From Gallionella sp. (lineage in GTDB: Bacteria; Pseudomonadota; Gammaproteobacteria; Burkholderiales; Gallionellaceae), in contig JAURZN010000206.1 of the NCBI GenBank assembly GCA_030653355.1, positions 6,137-70,136 of the forward strand: 64,000 nucleotides of DNA, in the 5' to 3' direction. Under the pieces are notes generated by a model. The model searched no databases, was not told the origin of the DNA, and saw only the letters and a list, made by a program, of their open reading frames with translations. The position numbers and the translations under genes were made by a program. Below, piece after piece: positions 18,432 through 30,516 of this stretch; the stretch's first letter is position 1, and every line of letters begins with the position of its first letter.

Positions 18432-19286
18432 TCAATCCATTTCTTCCACCCTGATCAGCACATTACGCTGCTCGTTCAGCCTGGACGTACTGCGAGTGGT
18501 GATGCTTGTATTGTTAAAATCGCTTTGCTGGCTCAGTCCACCAAGCTTGATCCACTCGCCCAAATGACCGGAAACCGTGCTTGAGGTATTTTGCATCCGC
18601 TTTCCCGGATAAGCATCTGCATGTTGATTGGGGAGAAGCGAGTCGTTCTGTGTAGTAATTTCCAGCGTCACCCTGTCGCCACTGACGCGTGGCAACACAT
18701 AAAACCCGCTGGTGATATGACTGTCCCGGGTAGTCTCGATCACCTGCGTCCCCCAAGGTTGCTGTATCAGCTGACGTTGCGGCACCGGCATGTTCTGTTC
18801 GCTGCTCACCCACGCGCGATTGCCATCCAGCACTTGCAGGTGCTGGGTTTTCTTGTCATCTTCGAGCGAACGGGTGCTAATTATCCGGGCAGACACGCCG
18901 CCTTGTTCCTTACCCTCCCCCGCATTCACCCCGCCAGGCACGGAGATACGGGCATTTTTCCCCAGTCTGACACTGCCGGAAATTTCCGTCAGACGCGCGA
19001 GCGTTTCACTGTCCACATTTTGCATCACGGTAATTTTCAGCTGGCGCGGCAGGGTATCTATCCTCTCCAGCAAGCGCCTGATTTGCACGCTGTTGCGCGG
19101 GGAGGCACGCAGAATGAGTTGATAGTTCATACCACTGACCATTTCATCCTTATCCAGCAATGGCCGGATAACAGGCAGGATTTCTTCCGCGCGGCGATGC
19201 TTGAGCTCGATGATTTCCAGCTCATCCCCATAGCTTCCCGTCACAAACGACAGCGCTATCATCAATAAAATCAAACCTATTCTCAC
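18432..19286 (-). CDS. Short secretin-like protein (NolW/secretin N-domain)
   Basis: Signal peptide, LKHRRAEEILPVIRPLL, QLILRA..IRRLLERID, C-terminal beta-rich GEWIKLGG. Confidence 0.65.
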   Translation of the reverse strand: MRIGLILLMIALSFVTGSYGDELEIIELKHRRAEEILPVIRPLLDKDEMVSGMNYQLILRASPRNSVQIRRLLERIDTLPRQLKITVMQNVDSETLARLTEISGSVRLGKNARISVPGGVNAGEGKEQGGVSARIISTRSLEDDKKTQHLQVLDGNRAWVSSEQNMPVPQRQLIQQPWGTQVIETTRDSHITSGFYVLPRVSGDRVTLEITTQNDSLLPNQHADAYPGKRMQNTSSTVSGHLGEWIKLGGLSQQSDFNNTSITTRSTSRLNEQRNVLIRVEEMD

Positions 19287-19332
19287 AATTTCCCCTTTAC
19301 AAGCCCTGTCACTTTACCGTAGATTTACGGCC

Positions 19333-19815
19333 ATGAAATCCATCCTCACACTTTCCTTGCTACTGCTGCTGAGCGCCTGCGGCACGACACGCCATGAAAC
19401 TATCGCGCCGGTTGCCGCACGTCATGACGAAGCGCAAATGAATAATCTGGCGATTTACGCGCTGAGCCTGTACGACACCCCTTACCAGTATGGCGGGAAA
19501 TCGCGTGTCAACGGTTTCGATTGCAGCGGTTTTGTTCAATATGTCTTCCAGAACTCACTGGGCTTGCAATTGCCGCGCACTAGCGCCGAAATGGGCCGCG
19601 CGGGCATCCCGCTGAATGCCGACGAATTAAAACCCGGCGATCTGGTGTTTTTCAACACCACCAACACGCCCAATTCACATGTCGGCATATTCATCGGCGA
19701 AAACCGTTTCGTGCATTCGCCCAAAAAAGGCAAAGCCATCATGATAGCCAAACTGGATGACCGCTACTGGAGCAGACGTTACAACGGCGCACGGCGCATC
19801 ACGGCCAGCCCGTAG
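19333..19815 (+). CDS. NlpC/P60 lipoprotein endopeptidase
   Basis: LSAC lipobox, GFDCSG, PGDLVFF, HVGI..FVH. Confidence 0.93.
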   Translation: MKSILTLSLLLLLSACGTTRHETIAPVAARHDEAQMNNLAIYALSLYDTPYQYGGKSRVNGFDCSGFVQYVFQNSLGLQLPRTSAEMGRAGIPLNADELKPGDLVFFNTTNTPNSHVGIFIGENRFVHSPKKGKAIMIAKLDDRYWSRRYNGARRITASP

Positions 19816-20796
19816 TCAACCCCGCGGCCTGCCCTTGCGAGCGGCTTTGAGGGCTTCGGCCAGCTGAAAGACCGACATCGCGTAATAATCGCTGTTGTTA
19901 TAACGCGTGATGACTTCGAAGTTAGTAAATCCCAGCCAGAATTCGTGGTCTTCTGCCACCGTGTACTCCAGCAGGCGCGCCTGCACGTTCTGTCTGATTT
20001 TCAAGTCAGGCATCACGCCGACGGTTGCCCATTCTTCCAGAGTGCGCGGCGTATCGATCGCCCCTCTATCGCTTCCCGCGCTGACGTGTGCGCGCACGCT
20101 CACTCGCCCGCCCCTGATCCAGCCATAACCTTGCAGATAATTCCCCACGCTGCCTATCGCGTCCGATGTTTCGTTCAGCAGGTCGATCTTGTCGTTGCCA
20201 TTGAAATCGACCGCATAGTTACGATGGCTGCTGGGCATGAATTGCGGTATGCCCATCGCACCGGCGTAAGAGCTGCGTACCTCCAGCAAATCAAACTGTT
20301 GCTCGCGGGCCAGCAACAGATAATTTTCCAGTTCATCGCGAAAAAAAACCGCGCGGCGCGGATAATCGAACGCCAGCGTAGTCAATGCGTTTATGGTGCG
20401 AAAACGCCCTGTCTGCTTTCCGTACAGGGTTTCCACCCCAATCAAGGCGACGATGATGGCTTGCGGAACTCCGTATTTTTTCTCGGCGCGGATCAAATCG
20501 AGCCTGTGCGCCTTCCAGAACGCCAAACCGTGCTTGATGCGATATGCGTTGACAAAGGCCGCACGATATTCCGGCCACGGCTTGCGCGTGGACGGGAGAG
20601 AAATGGCGTCGATAATTTCCGGCCTGTGCTCGACTTGCGCAAACAAGCCGGTCAACTCATCCCGTTTGAAATTGTGCTTGAGCACCATTTCATCAATAAA
20701 ATCAGTGAGGCCGGGCAAGGTCGCCGAAAAAACCGGCAGCGCAAACAGACTGGCGGCAAATAGAAAAAGACAACGCAATAAATTATTCATAAGCAT
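19816..20796 (-). CDS. mltB: Lytic murein transglycosylase B
   Basis: GVETLYG, SYAGAMGIPQFMPSS, NFEVITRYNNS. Confidence 0.93.
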   Translation of the reverse strand: MLMNNLLRCLFLFAASLFALPVFSATLPGLTDFIDEMVLKHNFKRDELTGLFAQVEHRPEIIDAISLPSTRKPWPEYRAAFVNAYRIKHGLAFWKAHRLDLIRAEKKYGVPQAIIVALIGVETLYGKQTGRFRTINALTTLAFDYPRRAVFFRDELENYLLLAREQQFDLLEVRSSYAGAMGIPQFMPSSHRNYAVDFNGNDKIDLLNETSDAIGSVGNYLQGYGWIRGGRVSVRAHVSAGSDRGAIDTPRTLEEWATVGVMPDLKIRQNVQARLLEYTVAEDHEFWLGFTNFEVITRYNNSDYYAMSVFQLAEALKAARKGRPRG

Positions 20797-20808
20797 ATTT
20801 TAACCTAG

Positions 20809-21858
<1,050 letters not shown>

Positions 21859-21874
21859 AAATCATAGTCCATAC

Positions 21875-22411
21875 GTGGACGTGCATTTTCAGGATTCAAA
21901 AATGAAGGGCGCAGAGGATGCAGTTTTGTTCCGCGAGACTATCGGCGGCGTGACGCCGCTGGCGGATCAAAACCGCATTGCTCCGTCTACACCGACAGTT
22001 CTAACCCGAGTACGCTCGACGTCATCTCGTCACACGATAGCCGACACCCTCTCCGATTATTCATCCGAGGGTTCACCGGCAGATTTTCTGCGCAATGGCT
22101 TATCACGCATGACATTAAGGAAGCTGCGACGCGCCACCGTCCAGGACAATCTGGATCTGCACGGCCACTCTGGCGATGAGGCGCGTCAGCTGTTACAGGA
22201 ATTTTTGCATCAAGCGGCACAAAACCAGTTGCGCTGTGTACGAATTATTCATGGCAAGGGTATGAACAGCCGGGGTGGCGAGGCGGTGTTGCGCACGCTT
22301 ACGCGTAACTGGCTCACTCAGCATTCACAGGTATTGGCGTTTTGTGCGGCGTCACCCGCAGCGGGCGGAGAGGGTGCGGTACTGATCCTTTTAAAATCCG
22401 GCACCGCCTGA
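21875..22411 (+). CDS. Smr/MutS2 domain protein
   Basis: LDLHG, IIHGKG, GGEGA. Confidence 0.9.
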   Translation: MDVHFQDSKMKGAEDAVLFRETIGGVTPLADQNRIAPSTPTVLTRVRSTSSRHTIADTLSDYSSEGSPADFLRNGLSRMTLRKLRRATVQDNLDLHGHSGDEARQLLQEFLHQAAQNQLRCVRIIHGKGMNSRGGEAVLRTLTRNWLTQHSQVLAFCAASPAAGGEGAVLILLKSGTA

Positions 22412-22415
22412 ATTC

Positions 22416-22633
22416 AACCTTAAAGTCTCAGTTCAGTCCGCATCAATGATTGCAAACGCATAGCGCTTAGCAAGAATTGAGTAGTTCCATCAGATTACGC
22501 AGATTCACGCAGATTTTCAAACGGTTACAGGTGTTAGCGCTTTCACCTGATGGGTTGCCATAAGTTTTTATGTAAGTCTTTGTTTAATCGGTTTTAATCT
22601 GTGTAGTCTGCGGACAACTGCTTTTTCTAGGTT
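22416..22633. mobile_element. MITE-like element copy B with ~50 bp extra segment
   Basis: Same TIRs and internal sequence as copies A and C; between convergent smr and smc. Confidence 0.75.
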
Positions 22634-22652
22634 CAAACAGCTTGAACCGTAA

Positions 22653-25600
22653 CTACGCTACAAACGCCGCATCGTGCATGCGCAGCGCCTCTTCAATATC
22701 CACCGTCACCACCTTGGATACACCCTTCTCCTGCATGGTCACCCCGATCAACTGTTGCGCCAGCTCCATGGTGATCTTGTTGTGACTGATAAATACAAAC
22801 TGGGTGTGCAACGCCATTTTCCGGATCAGTGCGCACAAACGTTCGGTATTGGTATCGTCCAGCGGCGCGTCCACTTCGTCGAGCAGACAGAAGGGCGCGG
22901 GATTGAGCTGAAACAGTGAGAATATCAAGGCGATGGCAGTCAGTGCTTTTTCGCCGCCGGAGAGCAAATGTATCGAACTGTTTTTCTTGCCGGGCGGCTG
23001 CGCCATCACCTGTACGCCGCTGTCGAGTATCTCTTCTCCGGTTAACACCAGACGCGCTTCTCCGCCCGCAAACAGGATGGGGAACAGCTCCGCCAGATGC
23101 TGATTAACCTGATTGTAAGTCTCCATCAACAAATCACGTGATTCGCGGTCTATGCGTCGTATCGCCTCTTCCAGCGTTGCCATCGCCTGTTGTAAATCCA
23201 GTGACTGCGCATCCAGATAAAGCTTGCGCTCGCTCGCGGCTTGCAACTCGTCGAGTGCGGCCAGATTCACCGCGCCCAACGCTTCCAGCATCATGCTCAG
23301 ACGATTCAACTCGCTCTGTAAATGAGCGGGCCTGGCATTCGCCAGCAGCGGCAATAACACCTCTTCATCCACGCCCTGCAACTGCTCCGCCCATTGCTCA
23401 AAATTCAAACGCGCTTCCTGCTCTTTCAAGGTCAGTTCGGTGAGCTGCTCGCGCAAGCCCGTGAGCTGATGTTCAAAGGACAGGCGCGACTGTTCCATAT
23501 CCTGAAGAGAAGCCGTCGCATTTTCCAGATTCACACGTGCCTCACTCAGGGCTATTTCGGCACCCTGACGCATGGCCAGCGCCGCCTGCAATTGCTGTGT
23601 AGCCGACTCGTCCTCACAGGCCAGCAGCTCGCCAGTCAACTGCTCCAGATTTTCTTCGGACTGAATAAGTTGCGCCATGATCTGCTGAATACTGTCGTGC
23701 ATATCAGCGATTTTTTCCGTGCAAGTCCGGCAGAAGAAATGCGCTTCCTGCAAGGCGTGCTGGCTCTGCTGGACGCGCGCGCGCTGTTCGCGCAAGGCTT
23801 TTTCCTGTTCGTCAGCCTGACGCTGCGCGCCATCCAGCTGCACATGAGAAGCCGCCAACTGTTCGCGCCGGCTCGTCATCAGGACAATGATTTCGCTATG
23901 CTGAGTCTGCTCTGCCTCCAGCAATCCGGCCACTTCCTGCATTTCATGCGCGATCTGCACGCCACGCTCTGCACTGTGCTCATGCGCCTGATTCAGTTTA
24001 AGTATCTGCATTTGCAGCGCGTGCTGGCGTTGCTGTGATTGACTGACGGCAGTGCGTAACGGCGGAATTTGCGCCTCAAGTGCGCGATGGGCCTGCTCTG
24101 CATCAGTCAGTTGCTGCTGCGAATAGGCAATCCTCTGCTTTTGTTCGTCCGTCTCATGCTCCAGTTGTTCAATCTCGCGCTGCCGGCTCAGCACGCCATG
24201 CAATTGACTGTCCGGCGCATGAAACAACACGCTATGCCGGCCTATCAGATGGCCGTTTGGCGTGACGAACCAGCCGCCTGCGGGCAACTGCTCACGTTGC
24301 GCATAGCCCAACGCCACATCCGCCACAACATAAACTGCCGCCAGCCATACACGCATCGCCGGAAGCACTTGCTCATCCTGACATTGCACGTAGTTCAACA
24401 ACGGCACCAGCGCTCCGGCCATTCCGCCCTCCGCTACATATTCGGGCGTGCTCAGTTCAAACAGCGCCAGTCGGGCAGGTGGTGTGTCGCTCCAGGCTGC
24501 CACAGCAGCCAGCTCGGGCAGTGCCAGCGCATTCAGCCTTTCGCGCAAGGTAGCCTCCAGCGCGTTCTCCCAGCCGCTCGCGATGCGTATGGATTGCCAC
24601 AATCTGGGCAATCCATCCAACTGGTGCTGTTGCAGCCAGCCAGTTAGCTTTTTGTCGTTATCCAGTTGACGCTGCAATTGCTGCAAGGCATGTAAACGCG
24701 CCCCTGACTGCGTCAGCTGACTTTCCTGCTGCCCCAGGGAAGCACGCAAGGTGTGGCGCAGACTGTCCGCCTGTGGCAGTTGTTCCTGCAATCGGTCGAG
24801 ATTTTCCTCCTGTTCCACACGCGCCATTTCCAGCCAGGCCAATTCTTCCTGCGCCTGTTCAAGCACATCGCGCTCGGGAAGCGGCAGATTGTCCTTTTCC
24901 AGCAACAGCCGCGAACGGCGTGCTTCGATCTGTGAAATGGCGCGGTTAAGGCCAGCAAGTTGTGCATCAGCCAGTTGCAATTGCTGTTGCAACTGCAACT
25001 GTTCCCGCTGCAATTCGTTGTAGCGTTGCTGCGCACTGCGCGCGTCTTCCTCAGCCTGTATCAGATTCTGACCCTGAACATTTTGCTCGGCCTCGATAAG
25101 CTGTTCGGCAGCCACTTCCTGTTGCTGCATCCAGTGATCCCGGGTATCAATGGCAGTTTGACGCTGTTGCTGCTGTTGTTCAATTTGCCGTTTGGCGTTG
25201 CTGATTTGCAACTGGAGTCGCTGCTGCTGTGAAACGGCATGCTTGATCTGCTGTTCCAGCCGGGAGATTTCGGCATTCGCGCTGTACAGCTCACCCTGTC
25301 TTGCGTGCAAGGCGTCAGATAGCCGGTAATGACCGCTGCGTGAGGTTTCCAGCCGGTTTTCGATTTCACGCATCGCTGCCGTCCGCGCTTCCAGTTCGGT
25401 GCGTATTTGCTCGATAGCGCGCAGGTAGTCTGCGCGAAAAACAGCCGCCTGCTGTTTTTTTACCAGCCAGAACAAGTGTTGCGTCGTATTCCGCCGCGAT
25501 TCCAGATCGCGATATTGTCGCGCCACCTCGGCTTGCGCACCCAGATGCAACAGTTGCTTATCCATTTCCTGCACGATATCGCCGACCCGCAGCAAATTGT

Positions 25601-26165
25601 CGCGCGTGTCATTCAGACGGAGCGACGTCTCGCGGCGGCGGTCACGGTACTTGGACACCCCCGCTGCTTCTTCGAGAAACACCCGCAATTCTTCCGGTTT
25701 AGCTTCGATGATACGCGAGATCATGCCCTGCTCGATAATCGCATAAGCGCGCGCGCCCAACCCTGTGCCGAGAAAAATATCGGTAATATCCCGGCGGCGC
25801 ACCTTCTGATTGTTGATGTGATAGCTTGATTCGCCGTTGCGTTGCAACATGCGTTTGATACAAATTTCCGCATAGCCGGACCACTGACCGGCGGCCTTGC
25901 CCAGCGAATTATCGAACAGCAGTTCCACGCTGGCGCGCGCTACCGGCCTGCGCTTGCCCGAACCGTTGAATATCACGTCCTGCATGGTCTCGCCTCGCAG
26001 CGCCGAGGCTTTCGATTCGCCCAGCACCCAGCGCAGCGCATCGATCACATTCGATTTTCCGCAACCGTTCGGCCCCACCACGCCTACGATCTGCCCCGGC
26101 AGATGAATGTGAGTGGGATCAACGAAGGATTTGAATCCGGATAATTTGAATTGAGAAAGACGCAA
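22653..26165 (-). CDS. smc: Chromosome segregation protein SMC
   Basis: GPNGCGKSN, long coiled coils, hinge, [16 protein letters not shown]. Confidence 0.96.
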   Translation of the reverse strand: MRLSQFKLSGFKSFVDPTHIHLPGQIVGVVGPNGCGKSNVIDALRWVLGESKASALRGETMQDVIFNGSGKRRPVARASVELLFDNSLGKAAGQWSGYAEICIKRMLQRNGESSYHINNQKVRRRDITDIFLGTGLGARAYAIIEQGMISRIIEAKPEELRVFLEEAAGVSKYRDRRRETSLRLNDTRDNLLRVGDIVQEMDKQLLHLGAQAEVARQYRDLESRRNTTQHLFWLVKKQQAAVFRADYLRAIEQIRTELEARTAAMREIENRLETSRSGHYRLSDALHARQGELYSANAEISRLEQQIKHAVSQQQRLQLQISNAKRQIEQQQQQRQTAIDTRDHWMQQQEVAAEQLIEAEQNVQGQNLIQAEEDARSAQQRYNELQREQLQLQQQLQLADAQLAGLNRAISQIEARRSRLLLEKDNLPLPERDVLEQAQEELAWLEMARVEQEENLDRLQEQLPQADSLRHTLRASLGQQESQLTQSGARLHALQQLQRQLDNDKKLTGWLQQHQLDGLPRLWQSIRIASGWENALEATLRERLNALALPELAAVAAWSDTPPARLALFELSTPEYVAEGGMAGALVPLLNYVQCQDEQVLPAMRVWLAAVYVVADVALGYAQREQLPAGGWFVTPNGHLIGRHSVLFHAPDSQLHGVLSRQREIEQLEHETDEQKQRIAYSQQQLTDAEQAHRALEAQIPPLRTAVSQSQQRQHALQMQILKLNQAHEHSAERGVQIAHEMQEVAGLLEAEQTQHSEIIVLMTSRREQLAASHVQLDGAQRQADEQEKALREQRARVQQSQHALQEAHFFCRTCTEKIADMHDSIQQIMAQLIQSEENLEQLTGELLACEDESATQQLQAALAMRQGAEIALSEARVNLENATASLQDMEQSRLSFEHQLTGLREQLTELTLKEQEARLNFEQWAEQLQGVDEEVLLPLLANARPAHLQSELNRLSMMLEALGAVNLAALDELQAASERKLYLDAQSLDLQQAMATLEEAIRRIDRESRDLLMETYNQVNQHLAELFPILFAGGEARLVLTGEEILDSGVQVMAQPPGKKNSSIHLLSGGEKALTAIALIFSLFQLNPAPFCLLDEVDAPLDDTNTERLCALIRKMALHTQFVFISHNKITMELAQQLIGVTMQEKGVSKVVTVDIEEALRMHDAAFVA

Positions 26166-26224
26166 TTTGGCAGTCGCAACGATATAATGCCCGCCATATT
26201 AACCCAAGCGTGCCACCCGACCAA

Positions 26225-26644
26225 ATGACGACCCAACCGACCAAAGCACTGGAAACCTTCCCCAATCCCAACCCGCTGCGCGATTACCATATCCACATGG
26301 AAGTACCCGAGTTTACCTGTCTGTGTCCCAAGACCGGCCAGCCGGATTTCGCCACGCTGATACTGGATTACATCGCCGATGAACAGTGCGTGGAACTCAA
26401 GAGCCTGAAGCTGTACATGTGGTCGTTCCGCGATGAAGGACATTTCCACGAAGATGTCACCAACCGTATCCTCGATGATCTGGTCGCAGCCACCCGGCCG
26501 CGCTTCATGCGCCTGACCGCAAAATTCTACGTGCGCGGCGGGATTTTCACCAATGTCGTCGCCGAGCATCGTCAATCCGGCTGGCAGCCCGCCCCTTTCG
26601 TCGAACTGTCACAGTTCGGCAGTCAGTCCAATACCCGGGGCTGA
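26225..26644 (+). CDS. queF: PreQ0 reductase QueF (short form)
   Basis: [31 protein letters not shown]. Confidence 0.95.
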   Translation: MTTQPTKALETFPNPNPLRDYHIHMEVPEFTCLCPKTGQPDFATLILDYIADEQCVELKSLKLYMWSFRDEGHFHEDVTNRILDDLVAATRPRFMRLTAKFYVRGGIFTNVVAEHRQSGWQPAPFVELSQFGSQSNTRG

Positions 26645-26765
26645 CAGTGGTTTATCAAATTTCTCACCGGTGGTTTTGTTCCACGTCGCACTAAATTTTT
26701 TCCGCTTGCCGCCGATAACAAAATCACGGGGCAGCTGCCCGCAACCTAACTGCCGGAGGTGTGAA

Positions 26766-27008
26766 ATGGGTATCGTGACGATGAATATGAGCAGCTACGA
26801 ATTTGAACGCAACGATGCGGCCACCTATGGAGATGAAGTGCTGTGCGCGGGCTGGAACCCTGCCCTTGCCTTGCGCTCGCAGGTCGAATGCAGAAACACC
26901 ATGCCGCCTGACATGCTCGCCATGAATGCTAGGGGCTTCATGGAACGCATGTTCGACATCGAGGTTGATGCGGAAGTCTTCCTGCAAAAAATGTACACCT
27001 GTCAATAA
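26766..27008 (+). CDS. Small hypothetical protein (80 aa)
   Basis: GGAGG RBS before ATG 26766; fills the intergenic gap. Confidence 0.6.
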   Translation: MGIVTMNMSSYEFERNDAATYGDEVLCAGWNPALALRSQVECRNTMPPDMLAMNARGFMERMFDIEVDAEVFLQKMYTCQ

Positions 27009-27109
27009 CCGTTACCGCTGACAGCAATCACCTTGTCACCAAAGAACCGGCCTGATGAGGGGCTGTGTTGCATTACAATGACCGACGACATTTAATCCGG
27101 AGTCATCGT

Positions 27110-27466
27110 ATGCCCTCCTCATCCGATCTGTTGGTATTGCGCGACAAATTACGCGCGTTTGCTGATGCACGCGACTGGGATCAGTTTCACTCGCCGAAGA
27201 ATCTCAGTATGGCGCTGATGGTGGAAGTCGCCGAACTGATGGAGCATTTTCAGTGGCTGACAGAAACCCAGTCCGGCGATCTGCCGACGCAAAATAAAGC
27301 TGCCGTTGCAGAGGAACTGGCCGACATCCTGCTGTATCTGGTGCGCCTCTCTGACAAACTGGGAGTTGATTTGCAGCAAGCGGCCCTGCACAAGCTGGAG
27401 AAAAATGCAGCGAAATACCCGGCGGACAAAGTTCGCGGAAGCGCAAAAAAGTACAGCGAATATTGA
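27110..27466 (+). CDS. MazG-like nucleotide pyrophosphohydrolase
   Basis: RDWDQFHSPKNL, EVAELMEHFQW, EELADIL. Confidence 0.9.
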   Translation: MPSSSDLLVLRDKLRAFADARDWDQFHSPKNLSMALMVEVAELMEHFQWLTETQSGDLPTQNKAAVAEELADILLYLVRLSDKLGVDLQQAALHKLEKNAAKYPADKVRGSAKKYSEY

Positions 27467-27534
27467 GCATTCGCTGTACAGTCGTCCATGCAGCCGCACG
27501 GCTGAAATTTAATCATATCTGTGGATCCACAATA

Positions 27535-28158
27535 ATGAACGACGCTCACGCACCTGACACACAACACACCGCATTACCCGATGCCAGAGTCGAAAAATTT
27601 GGCCTCGCCACCGCCAGACTGCACCGCATACTCAAGGAACTTGGCCATACCCGCCATCTGGAAAAATCGGCAGCCACCATGCCTGATGCGCGCGAAAGAT
27701 TATCGTTTATCGACAAAACCATGCACGAGGCATCGGAAAAAACCATTAGCGCCGTTGAGGCATCCCTGCCTTTGGCCAGCCGCAACCGCGCGCTATGCGG
27801 CGATTTGTCCATGCGCCTCGCAGACACCCCGTTCAGAGAACATCAGCCGCTGGTGATGGAAACGATCTCGAAGCTGGGGGAGATTGCAATGGCCGAAGAA
27901 AGCATGCGCCATAATCTGCTGCAAATCATGGAAGCGCAGGAGTTTCGCGATGTGGCGGGACAAATGGTCAACAAGATCGTGGACGCGGCGGTCGAGATCG
28001 AAAACATCCTGCTCGACATCCTCAAAGAATATGCACCCGACTCAAAAGATTCACTGATCAGCACCGAGGGATTGACCGCTGGCCCGGGACAGCAAACCAA
28101 GACCAGCGTCAACGGGCAGGACGAAGTGGATGACCTGCTCGCCTCGCTTGGATTTTAA
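27535..28158 (+). CDS. cheZ: CheZ-like phosphatase
   Basis: PDARERL, AQEFRDVAGQ (DxxxQ), QDEVDDLLASLGF. Confidence 0.85.
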   Translation: MNDAHAPDTQHTALPDARVEKFGLATARLHRILKELGHTRHLEKSAATMPDARERLSFIDKTMHEASEKTISAVEASLPLASRNRALCGDLSMRLADTPFREHQPLVMETISKLGEIAMAEESMRHNLLQIMEAQEFRDVAGQMVNKIVDAAVEIENILLDILKEYAPDSKDSLISTEGLTAGPGQQTKTSVNGQDEVDDLLASLGF

Positions 28159-28168
28159 CAATACTATT

Positions 28169-28345
28169 AACCTAGAAAAAGCAGTTGTCCGCAGATTACA
28201 CAGATTACACAGATTAAAACCGATTAAACAAAGGGTTGCAAGAAACTTATGACAACCCATCAGGTGAAAGTGCCAACACCTGTAACGGTTTGAGAATCTG
28301 CGTGAATCTGCGTAATCTGAGGATTGAACTGAAGTTTTAAAGATT
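28169..28345. mobile_element. MITE-like element copy C (uninterrupted, inverted orientation, 177 bp)
   Basis: Reverse complement of copies A/B; between convergent cheZ and selD. Confidence 0.75.
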
Positions 28346-28366
28346 AATCAATAAGTTATAAAATAA

Positions 28367-29416
28367 CTACTGATTGACCCGCACGCCCGGCACGCCGTTC
28401 TTCATGCTGCCGATCACCGCAGCCTGCTCGAATCCGGCTTGACGAAAACAAGCCAAAACCTCATCAACCGCCTCTGCCGCCACGGAAACCAGCAAACCGC
28501 CGCTGGTTTGCGCATCGGCCAGCAGGCGTTGCTGCCAGCTTGCCAGATTTTCCGCGAAATGTATGTCTTTCCCGTAACTTTCCATATTACGTTCGATTGC
28601 GCCGGGGCCGTAGCCCTGTTGCGCCAGCGGCTATGAGGCAGGCTGTACCGGTTCCCGATCTAACTGCTCCTCGCCCGCCAAGCCGGCACCGCGACACATT
28701 TCCAGCAAGTGCCCGAGCAGACCGAATCCCGTCACATCAGTCAGCGCATGTACCGCAGCGATGCCGGACAGCGCAGTCCCCACCGTATTGAGCTTGGTGG
28801 TATTGGCGATCAACTGCGCATAGCCTTCCTCAGACAGCGCACCCTTCTTCAGCGCAGCGGCCATGATGCCCACACCCAGCCCCTTGCCCAATATCAGCAC
28901 ATCACCTGCCTTAGCGTTGCTGTTCTTCTTGAGCCGGTCCGGGTGCACAATACCCAATGCCACTAGACCGTAGATGGGTTCGGGCGCGTCGATGGAATGT
29001 CCTCCAGCCAGCGGGATACCCGCCGCACGGCAGACGGATTCACCGCCCTGCAAAATCGCGCGTATGGCCTCGACCGACAGCTTATTGATCGGCATGCCCA
29101 CGATGGCCAGCGCCATGATGGGCGTGCCGCCCATCGCATACACATCAGACAGCGCATTAGTGGCAGCGATGCGCCCAAAATCAAAGGGATCATCGACGAT
29201 GGGCATGAAGAAATCGGTAGTTGCGATAACCGCCTGTTGATCGTTCAGACGGTAAACCGCCGCGTCATCGCTGGTCTCTGTACCCACCAGCAGATTAGGG
29301 AAGGACATTTTCTCTGCTGCGACACCTATAATTTGTTGCAGTAGCGCGGGCGCAATTTTGCAGCCACAGCCGCCACCGTGAGACAATTGGGTCAACTTTA
29401 CTTCTATTTCCGACAT
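28367..29416 (-). pseudogene. selD: Selenide, water dikinase with in-frame TAG at 28631-28633 (pseudogene or sequence error)
   Basis: GGGCGCK, DDAAVY, TTDFF, TDVTGFGLLGH upstream; same frame continues to DAQTSGGLL after the stop. Confidence 0.75.
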
Positions 29417-29431
29417 AGGTTCCTCATCAAC

Positions 29432-30466
29432 ATGCTGTTCAAAACCGCAAAACTAGCACAACTGGCCGAGTTTGACGAAATTATCGATGTGCGCACTCCG
29501 GCAGAATTTGCCGAAGACCACATCCCCGGCGCGATTAATTGCCCGGTTTTTTCCGATGAAGAGCGCATCACGGTCGGCACCCTGTACAAACAGGTGTCGC
29601 CTTTTGAAGCGCGCAAACTGGGCGCCGCCCTGGTAGCAAAAAATATTGCGCACCATCTGGAAAGCCGCTTTAACGACAAGCCTAAATCATGGCACCCCCT
29701 GATTTACTGCTGGCGCGGCGGGCAACGCAGCGGCGCGATGAGCATCATCCTCGCGCAGGTCGGCTGGTCAGCTCACAAACTGGATGGTGGCTACAAGGCG
29801 TACCGGCGCGATGTGCTGGATAAACTGGAAACACTGCCACAGAATTTTACCTACCGCGTCGTCTGCGGCCCGACCGGTTCGGGCAAGAGCCGTTTGCTGC
29901 AAACCATGGCAAAACAGGGCCTGCAAGTGCTGGACCTGGAACATCTGGCACGGCATCGCGGTTCGGTGCTGGGCAAGTTGCCCGGACAACCGCAACCCTC
30001 GCAAAAGTCGTTTGACAGCACGCTGCTGTCAACCCTGCAAAAACTTGACCCGACCCGCCCCGTGTATCTGGAAGCCGAGAGCAACAAGAACGGCCTGATT
30101 ACCCTGCCACCCGCGCTAATCAGCGCGATGCATTCCAGCGCGTGTCTGCTAGTGGAAACGCCGCTGGCCACACGGGTAGCCGGACTACTGGAAGACTACC
30201 GGCACTACGTCGAAAATCCACAATTACTCATTGCCCATCTGCATAATCTGCACCGTTTTCACGGAGCCGCGCAACTGCAACGCTGGACTGAGTTAATTCA
30301 CGCAGGCGATTTTTCGGCTATGGTTGGCGAGTTGCTCACCCTACACTACGATCCAAGCTACCTGCGCGCCACTACAAAACATTATCCACAATTGACCACG
30401 GCGCGGCACATTCCATTGCTCAGCCTGTCAGAGAATTCACTGGAAGAAATATCCTCAACACTATGA
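29432..30466 (+). CDS. mnmH: tRNA 2-selenouridine synthase
   Basis: Rhodanese IDVRTPAEF..HIPGA, YCWRGGQRS, GPTGSGKS, HRGS, HYDP; adjacent to selD. Confidence 0.93.
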   Translation: MLFKTAKLAQLAEFDEIIDVRTPAEFAEDHIPGAINCPVFSDEERITVGTLYKQVSPFEARKLGAALVAKNIAHHLESRFNDKPKSWHPLIYCWRGGQRSGAMSIILAQVGWSAHKLDGGYKAYRRDVLDKLETLPQNFTYRVVCGPTGSGKSRLLQTMAKQGLQVLDLEHLARHRGSVLGKLPGQPQPSQKSFDSTLLSTLQKLDPTRPVYLEAESNKNGLITLPPALISAMHSSACLLVETPLATRVAGLLEDYRHYVENPQLLIAHLHNLHRFHGAAQLQRWTELIHAGDFSAMVGELLTLHYDPSYLRATTKHYPQLTTARHIPLLSLSENSLEEISSTL

Positions 30467-30516
30467 TAGTTATATAAACAACGCTCTCACTGCACGACCG
30501 CGAAAACGCCAAATGC

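Noticed and set aside
26166-26224. preQ1 riboswitch upstream of queF
   Set aside because: The short divergent gap lacks the stem-loop and A-rich tail pattern
28631-28633. Selenocysteine or pyrrolysine recoding in selD
   Set aside because: The stop is TAG, not TGA; the catalytic position is already Cys (GGGCGCK); no pyl genes are seen and neighbouring codons also look corrupted
28620-28680. Diversity-generating retroelement variable region
   Set aside because: No reverse transcriptase or template repeat in the window, and the target is a housekeeping enzyme
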